Assembly (NCBI RefSeq): GCF_009914755.1
Contig: NC_060929.1
Reading direction: 5' to 3' (one strand)
Origin: the human T2T-CHM13v2.0 reference genome, Homo sapiens
Length of the DNA stretch: 64,000 bases
A program made the position numbers and the translations under genes. The notes under the pieces were generated by a model. That model was not told the DNA's origin. It ran no database searches and worked only from the letters and a program-made list of their open reading frames with translations. Positions 57,173 through 64,000 of this stretch are shown piece after piece. The first letter of the stretch is position 1, and every line of letters starts with the position of its first letter.

Positions 57173-58905
57173 TAACTTACAAGGGATGTGAAGGACCTGT
57201 TCAAGGAGAACTACAATACATTGGTCAAGAAAATAAGAGAGGACACAAACAAATGGAAAAACATTCCATGCTCATGGATAGGAAGAATCAATAACGTGAA
57301 AATGGCCCTACTGCCTAAAGTAATTTATAGATTCAATGCTATTCCCATCAAGCTACCACTGATTTTCTTCACAGAATTAGAAAAAAGTACTTTAAATGTC
57401 ATAAGAAACCAAAACAGAGCCTGTATAGCCAAGACAATCCTAAGCAAAAAGAACAAAGCTGGAGGCATCATGCTACCTGACTTCAAAGCATACCAAAAGG
57501 CTACAGTAACCAAAACAGCATGTTACTGGTACCAAAATAGATATATAGACCATGGAACAGAACACAGTCCCCAGAAATAACAACACACACCTACAACCAT
57601 CTGATCTTTGACAAACCTGACAAAAACAAGCAATGGGGAAACGATTCCCTATTTAATAAATGGTGTTGGGGAAACTGGCTACCCATATGCAGAAAACTGA
57701 AACTGGACCCCTTCCTTACACCTTATGCAAAAATTAACTCAAGATGGATTAAAGACCTAAATGTAAGACCTAAAACCATAAAAATGCTAGAAGAAAACCT
57801 AGGCAATACCATTCAGGAAATAGGCATGGGCAAAGACTTCATGACTAAAACACCAAAAGGAATGGCAACAAAAGCCAAAATTGACAAATGGGATCTAATT
57901 AAAGTAAAGAGCTTCTGCACAGCAAAAGAAACTATCATTAGAGTGAACAGGAAACCTACAGAATGGGAGAAAATTTTTGCAATCTATCCATCTGACAAAG
58001 AGCTAATATCTTGTAGATATTAAGAATCTACAAGAAACTTAAACAAATTTACAAGAAAAAAAACAACCCCATCAAAAAATTGGTGAAGGATATGAACAGA
58101 CACTTCTCAAAAGAAGACATTTATGAAGCCAACAAACATATGAAAAAAAGCTCATCATCACTGGTCATTAAAGAAATACAAATGAAAACCACAATGAGAT
58201 ACCATCTCATGCCAGTTAGAATGGAGATCATAAAAAAGTCAGGAAGCAACAGATAGTGGAGAGGATGTGGAGAATTAGGAACGCTTTTACACTGTTGGGA
58301 GTGTAAATTAGTTCAACCACTGTGGAAGACAGTGTGGCGATTCCTCAAGGATCTAGAACCAGAAATACCATTTGACCCAGCAATCCCATTAGTGGGTATA
58401 TACCCAAAGGATTATAAATCATTCTACTATAAAGACACATGCACACGTATTTTTATTGTAGCACTATTTACAATAGCAAAAACTTGGGACCAATGCAAAT
58501 GCCCATCAATGATAGACTGGATAAAGAAAATGTGGCTCATATACACCATGGAATACTATGCAGCCACAAAAAAGAATGAGTTCATGCCCTTTGCAGGGAC
58601 ATGAATAAGTCTGGAAACCATCATCCTCAGCAAACTAACACAGGAACAGAAAACCAAACACCTCATGTTCTCACTCATAAGTGGGAGTTGAACAATGAGA
58701 ACACATGGACACAGGGAGGGGATCATCGCACACCAGGGGCCTGTCAGTGGGTAGGGGGCAAGGGGAGGGATAGTATTAGGAGAAATATCTAATGTAGATG
58801 ATGGGTTTATGGGTGGAGCAAACCATTATGGCACATGTATACCTATGTAACAAATCTGTACGTTCTGCCCATGTATCCCAGAACTTAAGGTATCATAATA
58901 ATAAA

Positions 58906-59052
58906 ATACAGAAACAAGCTATCTGTGAAAATGCTTTGTGATGTGTGGATTCATCTCACAGAATGGAACCTGTGTTTCATTTCACCAGGTTGGAAACACC
59001 ACTCTTTTTTAAGAATTTATGAAGAGACATTTCCGAACCCATTGAAGCCTAT

Positions 59053-59056
<4 letters not shown>
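58906..59056 (+). repeat. Alpha-satellite monomer (about 150 bp, A-type, no CENP-B box) transduced by L1
   Basis: AGAAACAAGCTATCTGTGAAAATGCTTTGTGATGTGTGGATTCATCTCACAGA...GGTTGGAAACAC...CTTTTT...AGAATTT...GACATTT...CCATTGAAGCCTATAGT follows the alphoid consensus order. Followed by A29. Confidence 0.88.
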
Positions 59057-59086
<30 letters not shown>

Positions 59087-59092
59087 TTACTA

Positions 59093-59481
59093 TCAGCAAA
59101 CTAACACAGGAACAGAAAACCAAACACCTCATGTTCTCACTTATAAGTGTGAGTTAAACAATGAGAACACATAGACACAGGGAGGGGATCATCACACACC
59201 GGGGGCCTGTCAGTGGGTAGGGGGCAAGGGGAGGGATAGCATTAGGAGAAATACCTAATATAGATGATGGGTTGATGGGTGCAGCAAACCATTATGGCAC
59301 ATGTATACCTATGTAACAAATCTGTACATTCTGCACATTTATCCCAGAAATTAAGGTATCATAATAATAAAATAAAGAAACAAGCTATCTGTGAAAATGC
59401 TTTGGGAAAGACTCTTTTTGAAGAATTTATGAAGAGACATTTCTGAAACTATTGAAGCCTATAGTAAAAAAAAAAAAAAAA
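59093..59481 (+). repeat. Tandem duplicate of L1 3'UTR + alpha-satellite (internal deletion of about 55 bp) + poly(A)
   Basis: Matches 58627-59084 with about 16 differences in about 285 nt of the L1 part, and shares private variants with it. Confidence 0.92.
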
Positions 59482-59529
59482 GATTCCTGTATTGTTGCTA
59501 AACACTATTTTAAAACTTATGAAATTTCC

Positions 59530-59810
59530 CAGTATGAAATATAAATTTCAAATTCCCTAACTTAGCATTAAAGGCTCACTCCATTGGTACCTACATTTTC
59601 TCTACCTCACCCCCCTCATCTCTGTACTGTTCCACAAAGAATTCTTGACCAGCTCAAGAGCATTCTCACCTGTGGCAATCTCTGCTTCTTGTATTCCAAC
59701 TGCCTGGAATTCCTTTTCTTTGCTTCTACTCTTGCCAAACACTGTTTATCTTACAAAGCTCATCAGAAATCTTACCTTGACTTTGGAACCTTTTCTGACT
59801 GCCTAATATA
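59530..59810 (+). mobile_element. L2 fragment
   Basis: AAATTTCAAATTCCCTAACTTAGCATTAAAGGCTC...TGCCTGGAATTCC...CCTTTTCTGAC. Confidence 0.6.
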
Positions 59811-59974
59811 TAATATTGTCCTCTCCTTTAATAAACTCTCTACCATTCTCTAATGTAATGCTGACTGTGACGTTATTTTTCTGTTGGTAGAGATGTTCTG
59901 TTCCTTCAGTTAGGTTGTATATTCCTGAGTTTATAACCATTCTCTTAGGAGTTGAAGCTCTGACAATTAATGAA

Positions 59975-60225
59975 AATAATAATGGCAACATTCACTGGGT
60001 GCTAACTATATGCTGGAAACTGTGTTAAGAATTTTATGTGTGTGATCTCACTTGAGTCTTTGTCACGACTGAATGAAGTAGGCACTGCTATTATTTCCTC
60101 TTTACAGATAAGGAAATTGAAGCTAAGAGAAAGTAACTTACCTGGGGTCACAAAACTAGAAAGTTGTAAGACCAGCATTTGAACCTTTGTCTATCTAGCA
60201 ACAGATTCTAAACTCCTAAACTTGT
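59975..60225 (-). mobile_element. MIR
   Basis: AATGGCAACATTCACTGGGTGCTAACTATATGC...TTTACAGATAAGGAAATTGAAGCT...GGTCACAAAACTAG. Confidence 0.85.
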
Positions 60226-60449
60226 TCTTACAAGCTCAGTTTTTCACTCAGTGCACTTCATCCAAAGGGTTTTTGAGTGCCAACTAAATGCAAAGCATTG
60301 TACTAGTAACTGATTCATTGATTCATTGATATGATAACTAAAAATTAACAAAGGCAGCTCAAACTAGCTTACCTGAAATGGGCTACTTCCTGTGGAGGCA
60401 CAGAACATTCTCAGGGAACCCAAGTACAGCCAACCATCGTGAAGGCCCA

Positions 60450-60995
60450 TGTGATGGGTTAAGGATGGCTACACATTTCTTTCAACTCTTTTCATTGAGA
60501 GGGCAAACCTAGCTCCCCTTCCCTTGCATCTGAACTGAACTTAGTGAGTTGCTTCATTAGTCATGTGGCAGAAGAGAATGCAGTGCATTTCCAGTCCTGA
60601 CCTTCCAGGACTGGCACCTTCCATTTTCCCTCTTTTAGAATTCTTTCAAGGTGAATTCTGAACAACTTTGAAAGAAGCCTGGCTACTCCAAGACTGTCAT
60701 AATACAGAGGCCACACATAGATGGTCAGGCTGACATTCTCGTTTGAATCTTCCTGCCAACTCCACCAACGCACCAGACATGAGAGTGAAGCCATCTTGGG
60801 TGCTCCAGACCAGCCAGTCCACAAGCTAAGTACCACTGAGTAACCTCAGCCAATAACACATGAAGCAAGAGAACCACCCAACCAAGCTCTGCCCTAATTC
60901 CTAATCCACAAAATCATAAGATATAATAAAATGTTTGTTGTTTAAGGCACTAATTTTTAAGATAATATGCTGCACAGCAAACTGGTAATCAGAAC
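60450..60995 (+). mobile_element. MLT1 (G/H-like) LTR
   Basis: TGTGATGG start, GAGTGAAGCCATCTTGG, CCCTAATTCCTAATCCACAAAATCATAAGATATAATAAA. Confidence 0.75.
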
Positions 60996-61649
60996 CTCCT
61001 AGAATCAAGGACTGTTAACCAGAGACTATTCTGTTTGGCTTTGTGAGCCTATAGAGTTTTCCATTGCCTTTCTTTTTTACAGGCCTCTGTCATTTTCTTT
61101 CTCCCTGAGGGCTAACTTCCTCTATTTTTCTGTGCTTATAGCAAGAATTGGTCATAGCACAGCTCCCTGGTTTATATATCCTTTTAGATCAAGAGATGAT
61201 AAAAAGTGAATAGTATCTCTTGTTTCAATGCTAAATTTCAGTGAGAGGTATTTTGTATTGGGCTCAGCTTGAGACAGTTTTCAACCTCTGCTTGATAAGC
61301 ATTAGCCAAGGAGAAAGGGTCATATAATATTAATATGGCTTCCAGCAGCCACAACTGTGTATGTGTAGGAAGAGGGAATGAAGAAGGTCCCAAAAAAGTA
61401 CTCAGCTACACTTCACATAAGGGCCTGCCCTCCTTGTTTCCTCATCCTCAAATGACTCTGCCTCTAGACTGTGGAGTGTATCAGCTTCCTAGAGTGTCTC
61501 ACATGCTTATTAGCACAGTATTGATCCCTTGAGTGGCCTCCATTAGTCAGTGTCTTCCAGGAGTTCTTTGAAAAGCACAGGAAATTGGTAACCAAGCACG
61601 GTCAGCATCTTTCCTCTCCTTCCCTTGGTTAAACATTCTCCTCACAAGA

Positions 61650-62520
<871 letters not shown>

Positions 62521-62524
62521 CCAG

Positions 62525-62760
62525 AGAGAGCCTCTTCTTGAGTTAGACTGTCTGGGTTTGAATTCCTGCTCTACCCATTTACTAGGCTATGTGATCTTGG
62601 AAAATTACTTTTTCTCTCTGAAGCATGGTGTTCTAAAATAAGAACTAATAACAGAATAAACAGAATCTATCTCAGAGGGTTGTCATTAAGATTAAATGAG
62701 ATAGCCCATGTAAACCACTTAGGGGAGAATCAGTTTTTAGCTCAATAGGTATTACTTTTA
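62525..62760 (+). mobile_element. MIR
   Basis: GAGTTAGACTGTCTGGGTTTGAATTCC...TGTGATCTTGG...GATTAAATGAGATA. Confidence 0.85.
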
Positions 62761-63089
62761 ATACGCACTATCCATCATGGCATGCTATACCATAGCCACT
62801 GGATGTAAGGAAAAGAGAACAAGATGCTTCACTCATTCTGAAACACTTCACTGTCAATTTCAAACATTTGTACCTGTATATAAGCATATATGCACCCTTA
62901 TATAAATGTCAGTGGTATTATATGCCAACAATTTTCAATTCTGGTTATTCAAAAGAATTATCCAAAGAGTTGTGAGAAGAAATGCTGATTTTCCAGTTTC
63001 TCTTAGATATCATGAGCAAAAAAATTCCTCGTATGAGACCCAAACATGCAGTCTTTCAAAATGTTTCCTGGGTGATTTTGATATCCACC

Positions 63090-63529
63090 TGCATTTATTG
63101 GTTTCTTAGGGATACCACAACAAATTACAACAATCGGGGGGCTTAAAACAAATTTACTCTGTCACAGCTCCAGAGGCTAGAAGTTCAAAATCAAGGTGTC
63201 AGCAGTGCGGTGCTCTCTCTGAAGGCTCTACGGGAGGATCCTTTCTTGCATCTTCCCAGCTTCTGACGGTTGTCAGCAATGCTTGGTTTCTTGGCTTGTG
63301 AATACAGAGCTCCAATCTTTTCCCTGTGCTGTTCTCCCTGTGTGTCCATGTACAAATTTCCCTCTTCCAAGGACACCAGTTTCTGGATTAGGGTCCATAA
63401 TCTAGTATGACCTCATCTTGACTTTACTACCTCTATAAAGACCCTATTTCCAAATGAGGTCACATTCACCAATATTGAGAATTAGGACTTCCACATACCA
63501 TTTTGGGGGACACAATTCAATCCATAACA
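63090..63529 (-). mobile_element. MLT1B/C LTR inserted in a MER5-type element
   Basis: GGCTAGAAGTTCAAAATCAAGGTGTCAGCAG...GGGGACACAATTCAATCCATAACA. MER5 halves on each side (CCTGGGTGATTTTGAT / TTAAGAACCACT). Confidence 0.85.
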
Positions 63530-63579
63530 CCAGAGATGGTTAAGAACCACTACTTTAGACTTTTTTTCTGTCTAATAAG

Positions 63580-63760
63580 AATAGCAATGATAGTTATCAT
63601 TTATTAAGCACTTACAAAAATCACCTGCTGACTTTATATGATGATAAAGGTATAATTTTCCCCCATCCTCATTTTATAAGTGAGAAAACTGAGCTATGAG
63701 TTTCACAACTTGCTAGTTAAAAATAAAGCCAAGATGGATCTCAGGACTTTAGATTTTATT
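63580..63760 (-). mobile_element. MIR fragment
   Basis: CATTTATTAAGCACTTAC...CATTTTATAAGTGAGAAAACTGAG. Confidence 0.7.
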
Positions 63761-64000
63761 ATTTTTTTAGGGAGACCCACAAAGACTATGGAACTTTCAG
63801 ATGTCCATGTTATACCTTGGTAAGCTATCTCTGGGCTGATAAAGACAAGACCGGAATCTTATAGTTAGAGAGAATACTCCTCCAATATTTCAGCAGATGA
63901 GGAAATGAGGTGGAACCTGACTGGAAGACTGGTTTCCCCGATTTCTGCCAGTAAGTCACTTCTTCCCTGGGGCCAGAGGCATACCTGGACAGCAGGTGTT

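Noticed and set aside
58906-59465. Functional centromere or neocentromere seed
   Set aside because: Only two partial monomers, no higher-order repeat and no CENP-B box.

Overview
Primate, almost certainly human, non-coding genomic DNA: two AluYa5 copies carry all five Ya5 diagnostic bases. I found no credible host protein-coding exon, RNA gene or CRISPR array; nearly all listed ORFs are read-throughs of Alu, L1, ERV or microsatellite sequence. Positions 1-27 kb are a dense, nested retroelement cluster: the 3' part of a MER41 provirus, a MER21 solo LTR, and an old L1M holding a near full-length L1MA. That L1MA in turn holds a two-LTR HERV-L/MLT2A1 provirus, which itself contains an AluYa5, a rearranged L1PA and a complex templated insertion. 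Positions 27-64 kb are older sequence (MIR, L2, MLT1, hAT and Tigger elements) with scattered Alus and two inverted or truncated L1s. The most unusual observations are: (1) an L1PA7-like insertion carrying a 3'-transduced alpha-satellite monomer, duplicated in tandem (58.6-59.5 kb); (2) a multi-step, locally templated insertion inside the (TA)n tract of the HERV-L 3' LTR; (3) all three MLT2A1 LTRs are independently rearranged at the same AATAAA-(TA)n boundary; (4) an L1PA with a 5'UTR / inverted ORF2 piece / 3' end architecture. I do not see a new gene-encoded system. Subfamily names were assigned by eye from remembered consensus sequences, and divergences were hand-counted; both need RepeatMasker/Dfam confirmation.
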